From Candidatus Dormiibacterota bacterium (lineage in GTDB: Bacteria; Chloroflexota; Dormibacteria; Aeolococcales; Aeolococcaceae), in the NCBI GenBank assembly GCA_049582105.1, contig JBAUTG010000066.1, forward strand, positions 5,661-69,660: a stretch of 64,000 bases of DNA. Direction: 5' to 3'. The notes beneath the pieces were generated by a model. That model had not been told where the DNA came from, searched no databases, and was given only the letters and a program-made list of their open reading frames with translations. Within the stretch, counting starts at the first letter, position 1. Every line of letters starts with the position of its first letter. Made by a program: the position numbers and the translations under genes. Positions 17,450 to 26,418 of this stretch are shown piece after piece.

Positions 17450-18786
17450 CGTATCGCGTCGAGGACGCCGTACTCGTCGTCGACCAGTGGAACGAGTCGC
17501 CAGTTGTCGAAGGTCGTGCAGGGATGCGAGATGTACAGTCCGACGAGATCTCCGACATCGAGAGCCTCACTCGCAGCAATCGCACAACGGGCGTGATGAT
17601 CGTTGAGCGAGAGCACTGTCAAGCCTGTCGTCGGGACCGACCGCTCTGACCTTCGTCGAAGAGCGAACGGAATTGGGAAGCCGCGATCGTGAGGCGCGTC
17701 GCGTTTGCCAAACCCCAGGATCACAAGCTCCGGTTCGGGGCGGGAGATGACCATCGCCCAGAGTTCCAGAGCCTGACGCAAGGTCGGACCAGACTCAGCA
17801 CGTCCACCGAGCGGCGACAGCTCCCCGTAGTAGACGGCGTCCTGGGTCACATATGACCCGCTCCGAAGCACCGTTCGAACAGGGACCGTCAAGCGCCAGT
17901 CGACCAGGTCGGCCACCACCCTGTCGAAGTAGATGCTTCCCCCTGCCGAGACCAGCACCTCTTCGAGATGAGCAAAACGACCTTCCGAGTCCAACCGCGT
18001 CATGAGCTCTCGGACGACGCCCAGCATCGTATCGACACGTCCGAGGCTCTGTGGAAAGGCATCCAGGTTGAAGATGTTCTCGTAGGTTTCAACACCGACG
18101 AGCTCGACATGCGCTGAGGACGCAATTGCTTCGGCCAGAGCGAGAGCCTCCTCGATTGATCGACAGCCGCATCGTCCTCCCGGCATCCCCATCTCCAACA
18201 GCACGCGCCATTTCCGCGTCGCCGAGGAGGACTGCCCTGCCAGATGCGCCTCCACGAGTTGAAGGCCCTGAACCGAGTCGATCAAAGAGGTGAATTCAAA
18301 GGCCGGATCGGATCTCAGCTCTCGAGAAACCCAGTCAATTGATTCCCTTTCCAGCAGCTGGTTGGCCAGGAGGATCCTGCTGGCTCCCGAAGCGCGCAGG
18401 ACACGCGCCTGGTGGATGGTCGCAACCGAGAGAGCGAACGCTCCGGCTTCGAGTTGCCGGGAGGCGATCTGCGGAGAAAGCGGGGTCTTGGTGTGGGGTG
18501 CGAGGCTCACTCCGTGTTGATGGCAGTAGACGGCCATCAGATCGATGTTGTGCTGCAGAGCAGAGTCCTTGAGGGTGAGTACGGGAAAGCTGAAATCACC
18601 AGCCAATGCGTTCCAGGCGAGAGACGGCACGTCGCGGACACGCGGAGCCGGGTTCCGTTGCGGGAAGGATTTGTATCGCCAGTCAATGGGCTCGGAGAGG
18701 ACGTCCTCGAGGTCCAGCCGCGGCATGCTGCCGGCCCCCGAACGAGCGGTTTCATGCGGCGCTCCTGGGTTCACGGATGCGGTCAC
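17437..18786 (-). CDS. alanine-racemase-N-domain PLP enzyme of the D-serine dehydratase / D-threonine aldolase-like (DSD1) type
   Basis: SLAPHTKT PLP-lysine context, 449 aa, ATGA overlap with the gntR stop. Confidence 0.7.
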   Translation of the reverse strand: MTASVNPGAPHETARSGAGSMPRLDLEDVLSEPIDWRYKSFPQRNPAPRVRDVPSLAWNALAGDFSFPVLTLKDSALQHNIDLMAVYCHQHGVSLAPHTKTPLSPQIASRQLEAGAFALSVATIHQARVLRASGASRILLANQLLERESIDWVSRELRSDPAFEFTSLIDSVQGLQLVEAHLAGQSSSATRKWRVLLEMGMPGGRCGCRSIEEALALAEAIASSAHVELVGVETYENIFNLDAFPQSLGRVDTMLGVVRELMTRLDSEGRFAHLEEVLVSAGGSIYFDRVVADLVDWRLTVPVRTVLRSGSYVTQDAVYYGELSPLGGRAESGPTLRQALELWAMVISRPEPELVILGFGKRDAPHDRGFPIPFALRRRSERSVPTTGLTVLSLNDHHARCAIAASEALDVGDLVGLYISHPCTTFDNWRLVPLVDDEYGVLDAIRCYL

Positions 18787-19493
18787 ATGCTCCGCCGCTG
18801 AGGGCGACGATCCGACGTCTCGTCAAGGATATGCTCGAGAAGGGTCCACGAGTTCAGCACGTGCTCGCTCGAAAGTTCGCTGGCACCTCGCGGCGAGCGC
18901 GCCACCAGGGCATCGCGAATCGCGGTGTGCTGACGAACCATCTGCTCGTACAGTGCGTCGATCTCAGACGCGGGACGCCATATGCTCCGTCCGGCGAAGG
19001 CCCGGCGCACGGATCGCGCAAGCCGATCGACAAGCTCCGAGCCGGACGCCTGGAGGATCACATCGTGGAATCGGACGTTGGCTTGAAGCCAGTCGTACGT
19101 CGCCGCTTCGCGTTCGGAATCGGTGAGCTCACGACGGAGCGCGTTGGTGCACGCTGCAAAGGCAGCCTCCGCCTCCTTGAGCACCTCGAGTTGTTGGTCG
19201 GTGATCACCGACGCGGCCATTGACGCGGCGAGTCCTTCGAGGGCAGCCCGCACGAGGTAGATTTCGTGCCATTGGCCGCGATCGAGGCTGCGCACGCGCA
19301 CGCCGCGGTTGGGCAGAAACTCCGCGAGCCCGAGTGCAGCGAGTCGCCGGAGCGCTTCTCGCGTCGGCGTTCGACTCACCTGGAAGTCCCGGGATATCTG
19401 CTCTTGTCGCAACACCGTTCCCGAGGGAATCGTGCCGGTAGCGATGGCCTCCTCGAGAACGCTCGCGATCTCGTCAGCCTTGGTGAATTCCAT
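18783..19493 (-). CDS. GntR-family (FCD/FadR-subfamily-like) transcriptional regulator
   Basis: An N-terminal winged HTH (QEQISRDFQVSRTPTREALRRL) is followed by an all-helical C-terminal domain; 236 aa. Confidence 0.85.
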   Translation of the reverse strand: MEFTKADEIASVLEEAIATGTIPSGTVLRQEQISRDFQVSRTPTREALRRLAALGLAEFLPNRGVRVRSLDRGQWHEIYLVRAALEGLAASMAASVITDQQLEVLKEAEAAFAACTNALRRELTDSEREAATYDWLQANVRFHDVILQASGSELVDRLARSVRRAFAGRSIWRPASEIDALYEQMVRQHTAIRDALVARSPRGASELSSEHVLNSWTLLEHILDETSDRRPQRRSM

Positions 19494-19589
19494 GTGGACG
19501 TCCTACGGATCCAGGCCGTGCGCACTCATTGACGAATTTGAGGTGCCCCTTGTCCCGTATTGTCGCCCAAGCCGGACTGTCTCTGGAAG

Positions 19590-19623
19590 GCACTGCATTG
19601 ACATGGGTCTGACCCTGCAGTGC
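19590..19623. promoter_or_regulatory. candidate GntR operator overlapping a -35-like box
   Basis: An outer inverted repeat, GCACTGCA (19590-19597) / TGCAGTGC (19616-19623), encloses TTGACA (19598-19603) and the 5-1-5 palindrome GGGTC-T-GACCC (19605-19615). That palindrome has the GT-N3-AC core typical of GntR sites. Confidence 0.4.
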
Positions 19624-19664
19624 GCTGAGCAAATCGTTGCGGCGCCTCGGTATGCTGGCCGGCC

Positions 19665-20966
19665 ATGAGCGACGCACGTGATGCGATCGTGATCGGAGCC
19701 GGGGTTATCGGGGCTTCGGTGGCCTACGAGCTGGCGAAGTCGGGATGGCGGGTGACGACTGTCGAAAAGCTCACCGACGTCGGCGCAGGGTCGACCAGCG
19801 CGTCATCCGCCGTCATCCGTTTCCATTACTCGACGTTCGAAGGCGTCGCGGCATCGTGGGAGGCCAAATTTGGCTGGGAACGGTGGGGCGAGTACCTTGA
19901 GGCGCCCAGCAACGAGGTGCTTGCGCGATTCCACAAGACGGGTTGCCTGATCCTCGACGGGAGCACCGATCGCGAGAGAACGTGTGCGCTCTTCGATCGC
20001 GTCGGGGTTCCCTGGGAGGCATGGGACGCGAAAACCATTCAGCAGCGGATCCCCGGGCTCAACCCCGCCAAACATGGACCGCCGGTCGCGGTGAATGACC
20101 CTGCGTTCTGGGTGGACGCCGACTCGGAGTTGGCCGGCTATTTCACGCCGGATGGCGGCTTCGTGGACGATCCGCAGCTGGCGGCTCGCAACCTGATCGC
20201 CGCGGCGAAGCGGCGCGGGTGCGACGTCAGGCTCGGAGCAGAGGTCGTGGAGATCCTGCAGTCCGGAGGGCGCGTCAGCGGTATCCGGCTGGCCGGAGGC
20301 GATACCGTGATGGCCCCGGTGGTCATCAACGTCACCGGCCCATATTCGGCAAGGATCAACGCCCTTGCCGGAGTACTGGCGGACTTCGCGGTCGGCACCC
20401 GTCCGCTCCGCCAGGAAGTGCATTCCGTGACTGCCCCGCATGACTACGGCCACGGCAACCTTGGTCCCGTGGTCATGGACGGGGACCTGGGAACGTACTT
20501 CCGATCGCACTTCCAAGAGCAGATCCTCGTGGGTGGCATGGAGCCGAAATGCGACCCGATGGACTGGGTGGAGAATCCCGACACCTACAACGTCTCCCCG
20601 ACCCAACCGGTCTGGGAAGCGCAGGTCTACCGGTTGGCGCGACGCATTCCCTCGCTCCCTGTCCCGCCGCGACCGCGGGGTACTGCCGCGCTGTACGACG
20701 TGGCCGATGATTGGATTCCCATCTACGACAAGACGTCGCTCGCGGGATTCTACGTAGCCATCGGGACGAGCGGGAACCAGTTCAAGAACGCTCCGGTTGC
20801 CGGGTACTTCATGGCCACCCTGATCAGCGCATGCGAAGCAGGGCATGATCATGACGCGGATCCGGTGGTCGCCACAGGCCGGTATACGGCGCACTCCGTC
20901 GGACTTGGTCACTACTCGCGGCGCCGGCAAATCCATGGCGAGAGTAACTTCAACGTGATGGGCTAG
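19665..20966 (+). CDS. FAD-dependent oxidoreductase (DAO / sarcosine-oxidase-beta-like)
   Basis: N-terminal AIVIGAGVIGASVAYELAKSG...GAGSTSASSAVIR; 433 aa. Confidence 0.8.
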   Translation: MSDARDAIVIGAGVIGASVAYELAKSGWRVTTVEKLTDVGAGSTSASSAVIRFHYSTFEGVAASWEAKFGWERWGEYLEAPSNEVLARFHKTGCLILDGSTDRERTCALFDRVGVPWEAWDAKTIQQRIPGLNPAKHGPPVAVNDPAFWVDADSELAGYFTPDGGFVDDPQLAARNLIAAAKRRGCDVRLGAEVVEILQSGGRVSGIRLAGGDTVMAPVVINVTGPYSARINALAGVLADFAVGTRPLRQEVHSVTAPHDYGHGNLGPVVMDGDLGTYFRSHFQEQILVGGMEPKCDPMDWVENPDTYNVSPTQPVWEAQVYRLARRIPSLPVPPRPRGTAALYDVADDWIPIYDKTSLAGFYVAIGTSGNQFKNAPVAGYFMATLISACEAGHDHDADPVVATGRYTAHSVGLGHYSRRRQIHGESNFNVMG

Positions 20967-20997
20967 CCTGGCCTCACGTGAGAGACCGCGCGGCTCG

Positions 20998-21018
20998 GGA
21001 CGACATCTCAAGTCGTCC
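20998..21018 (+). terminator. terminator-like hairpin without a U-tract
   Basis: GGACGAC-atctcaa-GTCGTCC, 32 nt after the stop at 20966. Confidence 0.3.
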
Positions 21019-21123
21019 AGTGCCGGATTGCACTTATGGGATAATCCGAGGCCTTCCGCAGGCGACAAAACTTGGTGCTCCAGGGTTCCCTCAAGGAATT
21101 TGACGCGTGGATGGGGTGACGAC

Positions 21124-22530
21124 GTGATCGATCTTCTCGTGACCGGTGGGGATGTCGTTTCTGCGGCGTCCACAGCGCGCATGGATGTCGGCGTGGACAA
21201 AGGGAAGGTGGCGTTCCTCGCGTCGCCGGGAGCCATCGAGGTCGAGGCGAAACGGGTGATCGATGCCTCAGGTCAGTTCGTCGTGCCCGGAGGTGTGGAC
21301 TCCCACGTTCATTTCGGCTTCCCGCTCACGTCAGAAACACTGTCCCAATCTGCGGCATCCGGATCACGCGCCGCGGCATTTGGCGGGACGACCACGTTCA
21401 TCGACTTCGCGCGCCAGTCGGACGACGGCAGCCTCCTCGAGGCCATCGCGAAGAAGCGTAGCGCCCTTGGGGTGGATAGGCCGTCGATCGACTATGCCTT
21501 GCACGCGATGATCACGGGGCTCAGCACGCTTGATGTGCTCGACGAGATACCCGATGCAATTGCTGACGGTGTGAGCTCGTTCAAGATGTTCACCACCTTC
21601 ACGTCCACGGGTGGACCGGGTATCGGTGACATGTACTCCGATGACGGCCGGATCTGGGGTGTGATGGGCCGCGCTGCGCGCCACAACGGCATCGTGATGG
21701 TGCACTGCGAAGATGACTCGCTCATCGCTCACAACATTCACTGCCTGTACAAGGAGGGGCGTGAGCAGGTGGCTCACGTCGCCGAGGCGCGGACTGCCAT
21801 CGCCGAGGAGGCGGCGATACGCCGGATGCTGCTCCTGTCCCGGCGGTCGAACTGCCCCCTCTATGTGTGTCATATCACGTCTCGATTCGGGATGGAGGCG
21901 GTGTTCGAGGCGCAGGGGGCGCGCGTGCCGGTGTTCGGTGAAGTGTTGCACCACAATCTGAGTCACACGGAGGAGAAGTACGCGCTTCCCGAAGGAGCTC
22001 TCTACCACACGTATCCAGGCCTCAAGTCACGCGATGATCAGCGGGCCCTCTGGGAGGGCGTGACCGACGATGTGGTCGCCAGCATCTCGTCCGATGATTT
22101 CACCTTTCCGCGTGCAGTGAAGCTTGCCGGAACAACCGTTGACACAGTGAGCGCCGGCCACAACGGCATCGAGACGCGCATGGGGGTGTTCTTCTCCTCA
22201 GCAGTCGCCGGCCATGGAATGTCGATCAACCGGTTCGTTGACTTGACATCAGAAGGACCGGCGAAACTGTTCGGTCTCTTCCCGCGCAAGGGGCTGATCG
22301 CCCCCGGGAGCGACGCAGACATCGTGTTCATCGATCCCAAGCTGGACCACACGATCCAGCAGAGCGGATTGCACTCCGACTGCGACTACAGCGTCTGGGA
22401 CGGCTGGCGCTGCACCGGCTATCCAACGACGACGATCCTCGGTGGGAACATTCTCGTCGAGAACGGGACGTGGGTGGGACAGGAGGGAAACGGCACATAC
22501 ATTCCAAGTGGCGTGCCGGGCGAGCCGTGA
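21124..22530 (+). CDS. cyclic amidohydrolase (D-hydantoinase / dihydropyrimidinase family), paralog 2
   Basis: Collinear with paralog 1 and has the same ligand motifs (GGVDSHVHF, SFKMF, MVHCED, YVCHIT, ISSDDF). The start was set at GTG 21124 (VIDLLVTGG). Confidence 0.85.
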   Translation: MIDLLVTGGDVVSAASTARMDVGVDKGKVAFLASPGAIEVEAKRVIDASGQFVVPGGVDSHVHFGFPLTSETLSQSAASGSRAAAFGGTTTFIDFARQSDDGSLLEAIAKKRSALGVDRPSIDYALHAMITGLSTLDVLDEIPDAIADGVSSFKMFTTFTSTGGPGIGDMYSDDGRIWGVMGRAARHNGIVMVHCEDDSLIAHNIHCLYKEGREQVAHVAEARTAIAEEAAIRRMLLLSRRSNCPLYVCHITSRFGMEAVFEAQGARVPVFGEVLHHNLSHTEEKYALPEGALYHTYPGLKSRDDQRALWEGVTDDVVASISSDDFTFPRAVKLAGTTVDTVSAGHNGIETRMGVFFSSAVAGHGMSINRFVDLTSEGPAKLFGLFPRKGLIAPGSDADIVFIDPKLDHTIQQSGLHSDCDYSVWDGWRCTGYPTTTILGGNILVENGTWVGQEGNGTYIPSGVPGEP

Positions 22531-22546
22531 TGCTCAGCGGGTGCGG

Positions 22547-23743
22547 ATGATGGGCCCGCTGAGCGGGCTCCGGGTCCTCGAGTTGGGGAATATGATCGCT
22601 GCGCCGACCGCCGGGTGCATGCTCGGTGACTTCGGTGCGCGAGTCGTGAAGGTCGAACACCCGGTGCTCGGCGACGATCTTCGGCGCTGGCCTCCGGCCA
22701 AGGGCGACGTCCCGTTGTGGTGGAAGGTGACCAACCGGAACAAGGAGTTGATCACGCTGGACCTCGGCAAGCCGGAGGGGCAGGAGTTGTGCCGGCGGAT
22801 GGTCCCGCGCTTCGACATCATCATCGAGAATTTTCGGCCTGGAACGCTGGAACGGTGGGGTCTCGGGTACGACATCCTCGCCGCCATCAATCCCCGGGTT
22901 ATCCTCGTGCGCATCAGCGGATACGGCCAGACAGGTCCCTATGCGGGACGTCCGGGTTATGGAACCGTCGCCGAAGCCATGAGCGGAATGCCGTCGTTCA
23001 CAGGGTCCCCCGACGGACCGCCGACACTCTCCGCCTTTCCTCTGGTCGACTCTCTGGCTGGGATGGTTGCGGTGCAGGCTGCGATGATGGCCGTGTACGA
23101 ACGCGACGTCGCCGGATCCGGGCGTGGGCAGGTCATCGACGTCAGCCTATTCGAGTCGCTCTTTCGACTTCTGGACTCACAGGTCGTCAGCTACGATCAA
23201 CTCGGATTGGTGAAGAGGCGAATGGGGAACCGGATGGCCGAAGACTCACCGCGTAATGCCTACCGGACGTCGGACGGTGAGTACATCGCGATTTCCGCAG
23301 GCTCGCAGCGTACCTACGCGCGGCTCGCCGGGGTCATCGGCGATCCCGCAATGCTGAGCGACTCTCGGTTCGCGACAAACGAAGCCCGATGCGAGAATGC
23401 CGACATTCTCGATGAGATCGTGGGCACGTGGTTCGCGGGTCTCACCCTCGCCGAGGCGATGCGGCGTCTCGAGTCGGCGGACGTCGTCGCCGGGCCGGTG
23501 TACGACGTGGTCCGGATCTTCAAGGATCCCCAGTACGCGGCGCGTGAGGCGATTGTCAGCGTGCCTGACGAAGATCTCGGGGAGATGAGGATGCAGGGGG
23601 TCGTCCCGAAGTTCTCTCGAACGCCGGGCGAGATTCGCCATACGGGCGGTGCCAAGGGCGAAGCCGACCGCGCGTTCTTCTGCGATGAGATCGGACTCAG
23701 TGACACAGAGTGGGAGACTCTGACTGCCCAGGGGGTGATCTAA
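22547..23743 (+). CDS. family III CoA-transferase (CaiB/BaiF/Frc type)
   Basis: LSGLRVLELGNMIAAPTAGCMLGDFGARVVKVE and the catalytic-Asp context FPLVDSLAG. The start is at ATG 22547. Confidence 0.85.
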   Translation: MMGPLSGLRVLELGNMIAAPTAGCMLGDFGARVVKVEHPVLGDDLRRWPPAKGDVPLWWKVTNRNKELITLDLGKPEGQELCRRMVPRFDIIIENFRPGTLERWGLGYDILAAINPRVILVRISGYGQTGPYAGRPGYGTVAEAMSGMPSFTGSPDGPPTLSAFPLVDSLAGMVAVQAAMMAVYERDVAGSGRGQVIDVSLFESLFRLLDSQVVSYDQLGLVKRRMGNRMAEDSPRNAYRTSDGEYIAISAGSQRTYARLAGVIGDPAMLSDSRFATNEARCENADILDEIVGTWFAGLTLAEAMRRLESADVVAGPVYDVVRIFKDPQYAAREAIVSVPDEDLGEMRMQGVVPKFSRTPGEIRHTGGAKGEADRAFFCDEIGLSDTEWETLTAQGVI

Positions 23744-24925
23744 GTGGCGTTGACGCAGGCACAGCGAGCACGCCGGTACGAAGGCGTCGCCATCGTCGGG
23801 TACGGCCAGACCAGATATCACAAGCGGACGGACTGGTCCACCCTGCAGTACTGCGTCGAAGCCGTGCGTCTCGCACTGGACAGCTGCGGGATCACCAGCA
23901 GAGAGGTGGATGGACTCGGGGTCTGCTCCTTCATGCTCCCACCGGACAACACAGCGACGCTCGCCGAGCACATGGGCATGACCTTGACCTGGGGTTACCT
24001 TGGAACCTTCGGCGGCGCAGGGCAGGTCATCGGACTGCTCCGAGCGGCGCGTGCCATCGAGTCGGGCGAGGCAGAAACGGTGGTGCTCGTGGCTGCGGAC
24101 GCCTACTCCATCTCAGCGCATGACGCGATGATGGATCAGTTCAACAGCGGCATGCGGGACTACCTCATCCCCTACGGCATGGGAGGAACCAATGGACTGT
24201 TCGCGATGCTGGAGCGCCGTCATCGCTTCGAATACGGCACCACTCGCGAGCAACTCGGCAAGCTCGCGGTCACGCAGCGACGCAACGCGGGGTTGAACCC
24301 GAACGCGCTTCTGCGAGAGCCGATGACAATTGATGATTACCTCGACGCGCGCCTGATCTGTGATCCCATCCGGTTGTACGACTGTGTGCTTCCGTGCGGG
24401 GGAGGCGAGGCAGTGGTCGTGACAAGCGCAGAACGTGCCCGAACCCTGAACCGTCCACTGATCCGCGTGCTCGCCGGCGGGGAACGCACCAACTATGGGA
24501 CGGACAAGCTGCTCCTCCTGGACGCCGGCTGGCGTGAGTTCGCGCCGTCGATGTTCAGTGAAGCTGGGATGAGCCATCACGACATCGACATGGTGCAGCT
24601 CTACGACGACTACCCGATCATGGAGTTGATTCAGCTCGAAGGTCTGGGGTTTTGCGAAAGGGGGGAGGGTGGTCGCTTCGTGGCGGATACCGACATCTCG
24701 CTCACGGGCACGCTGCCGGTGAATACCGGAGGCGGGCAGCTGTCCTGCGGGCAGAGCGGAGCCGGCGGGGGCGGGATCGGACTGACCGAGGCGGTCATGC
24801 AGCTGCAGCACGAGGCCGGTGATCGACAGGTGGCGAACGCACGGACAGCGCTGGTCACCGGATTCGGCATGGTCGGGTACGTCAAAGGCCTCTGTCAGTC
24901 GGCAGTCATCCTGGCGACGGAGTAA
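23744..24925 (+). CDS. thiolase-like protein (SCP-x / lipid-transfer-protein type; DUF35 partner)
   Basis: VAIVGYGQTRYHKR N-terminus and thiolase-fold C-terminus (NTGGGQLS...G); 393 aa. Confidence 0.8.
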   Translation: MALTQAQRARRYEGVAIVGYGQTRYHKRTDWSTLQYCVEAVRLALDSCGITSREVDGLGVCSFMLPPDNTATLAEHMGMTLTWGYLGTFGGAGQVIGLLRAARAIESGEAETVVLVAADAYSISAHDAMMDQFNSGMRDYLIPYGMGGTNGLFAMLERRHRFEYGTTREQLGKLAVTQRRNAGLNPNALLREPMTIDDYLDARLICDPIRLYDCVLPCGGGEAVVVTSAERARTLNRPLIRVLAGGERTNYGTDKLLLLDAGWREFAPSMFSEAGMSHHDIDMVQLYDDYPIMELIQLEGLGFCERGEGGRFVADTDISLTGTLPVNTGGGQLSCGQSGAGGGGIGLTEAVMQLQHEAGDRQVANARTALVTGFGMVGYVKGLCQSAVILATE

Positions 24926-24932
24926 TCCCCAG

Positions 24933-25919
24933 GTGTCTATTTCGGTCATCACCACCGGCGGTACCATCACCCAGCTGCTTGGGGGATCCGAGCTTCGGCA
25001 CATCGGTGGCAGCGAGCTCCTTGCGGGCCTCTCTGACGGCTCCGGAGCGATGCCATCCGTGGAGATCGAAGACTTGATAGACCTCCCGAGCACACATATC
25101 GGCCCCGACGAGATGCTTCGCATCGCAGATGCCGTGCGGAGACATCTCGAACGCGATGACGTCGATGGCATCGTCGTCACCCACGGGACGGCGACGATCG
25201 AAGAAACGATCTACTTCGTGGACCTGATCGTCGATGCTGTGAAGCCGATCGTCTTCACCGGCGCACAGCGGTTTCCAGGCTCCGTCGGCTACGACGGTCA
25301 CAGGAATCTTCACGATGCGATCCTGGCAGCATCCTCGCCGGCGCTGGCGGGCGTGGGCGCCGTGCTGGTCTTCGACGGAGAGATTCACGCGGCGCGCGAC
25401 GTTGGGGAAGTGGACGCCAATTCGACCGCCGGATTTCAGAGCCTCGGTTTCGGTCCGATCGGGCGGATCGACCTTGATCGGGTCGTTGTCACCAGGACGC
25501 CGCACAGGGATCCGGTCACGTACCAGGTGCATCCGCCCATGGCGCGCGTTGACTTGCTCACCTGCTACGCAGGGATGTCCAGGGACGTTGTGGACGCTGT
25601 TTGCGAACTGGGAGCCCCTGGTTTGATCGTCCAGGGCATGACGTCCGGTGGCATTCCTCCAGGACTGGTCACCGGGCTGCACGACGTGATCCAGAGAGGG
25701 ACGGTCGTGGCACTCACGACTCGCTGCCCCTCCGGACGAGTGGTGAGACGCTCGGGCGATCTCTACGACGGTGTCCCAGGGTGGGGCACTGATCTTGCAC
25801 GACTCGGGATCGCGCTGTCTGACCTTGCGGGATTGAAAGCGCGCTGCCGGCTGATAGTCCTGCTGAGCGCCGGCATTGACCGTGAGTCTGTTCGACAATT
25901 GATGAACACAGCAGCATAG
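24933..25919 (+). CDS. L-asparaginase/glutaminase family protein, copy 2
   Basis: VITTGGTITQ and THGTATIEETIYFV motifs. GTG 24933 lies 8 nt after the thiolase-like stop. Confidence 0.8.
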   Translation: MSISVITTGGTITQLLGGSELRHIGGSELLAGLSDGSGAMPSVEIEDLIDLPSTHIGPDEMLRIADAVRRHLERDDVDGIVVTHGTATIEETIYFVDLIVDAVKPIVFTGAQRFPGSVGYDGHRNLHDAILAASSPALAGVGAVLVFDGEIHAARDVGEVDANSTAGFQSLGFGPIGRIDLDRVVVTRTPHRDPVTYQVHPPMARVDLLTCYAGMSRDVVDAVCELGAPGLIVQGMTSGGIPPGLVTGLHDVIQRGTVVALTTRCPSGRVVRRSGDLYDGVPGWGTDLARLGIALSDLAGLKARCRLIVLLSAGIDRESVRQLMNTAA

Positions 25920-25977
25920 CGACGCCCAACTCTCACCTACCAACAGGAGAACGCCGATCTCTGACAACGCGGCCCGA

Positions 25978-26418
25978 GTGCACCAACAGCGCCTGGAGCA
26001 TGCGCTTCCAACCCCAACACTGTACGAGTGGAATCGCCCCTTCTTTGCCGGGGGCACTGAAGGCAAGCTACAGCTGCAGCGCTGCCTCAGGTGCAAAGCG
26101 CTGATCTACTATCCGCGGCTGGTGTGCCCGTCCTGCCTCTCGCCGGATTACGAATGGGAGACGCTCTCTGGGCGGGGCACCGTCTTCTCATTCGCGATTG
26201 TGTGGCGTCCGAACCATCCGGCATTCGCGGATCAGATCCCGATAACGCTGGCGATCGTGGAGCTCAAAGAGGGTCCGCAGATGGTCACGACGCTGGTCGA
26301 CTGCCCGCCCGGTCGCGTGGAGATCGGCATGGACGTCGCGGTCGTGTTCGACATCATCGCCGACGGCATCGCGCTCCCGAGATTCGCGCCGCAGCTCCCG
26401 AGTACGAAGGTGGAATGA
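25978..26418 (+). CDS. DUF35 OB-fold / zinc-ribbon protein (acyl-CoA-associated)
   Basis: Four-Cys ribbon RCLRCKALIYYPRLVCPSCLS followed by an OB-fold-like segment; 146 aa. Confidence 0.8.
   Translation: MHQQRLEHALPTPTLYEWNRPFFAGGTEGKLQLQRCLRCKALIYYPRLVCPSCLSPDYEWETLSGRGTVFSFAIVWRPNHPAFADQIPITLAIVELKEGPQMVTTLVDCPPGRVEIGMDVAVVFDIIADGIALPRFAPQLPSTKVE

Noticed and set aside
19803-21236. 477-aa minus-strand ORF spanning the FAD-oxidoreductase and hydantoinase-2 genes
   Set aside because: It is antisense to two genes with clear family motifs. Its translation is Arg/Pro/Gly/His-rich with no recognisable motif, so it is a typical high-GC shadow ORF.
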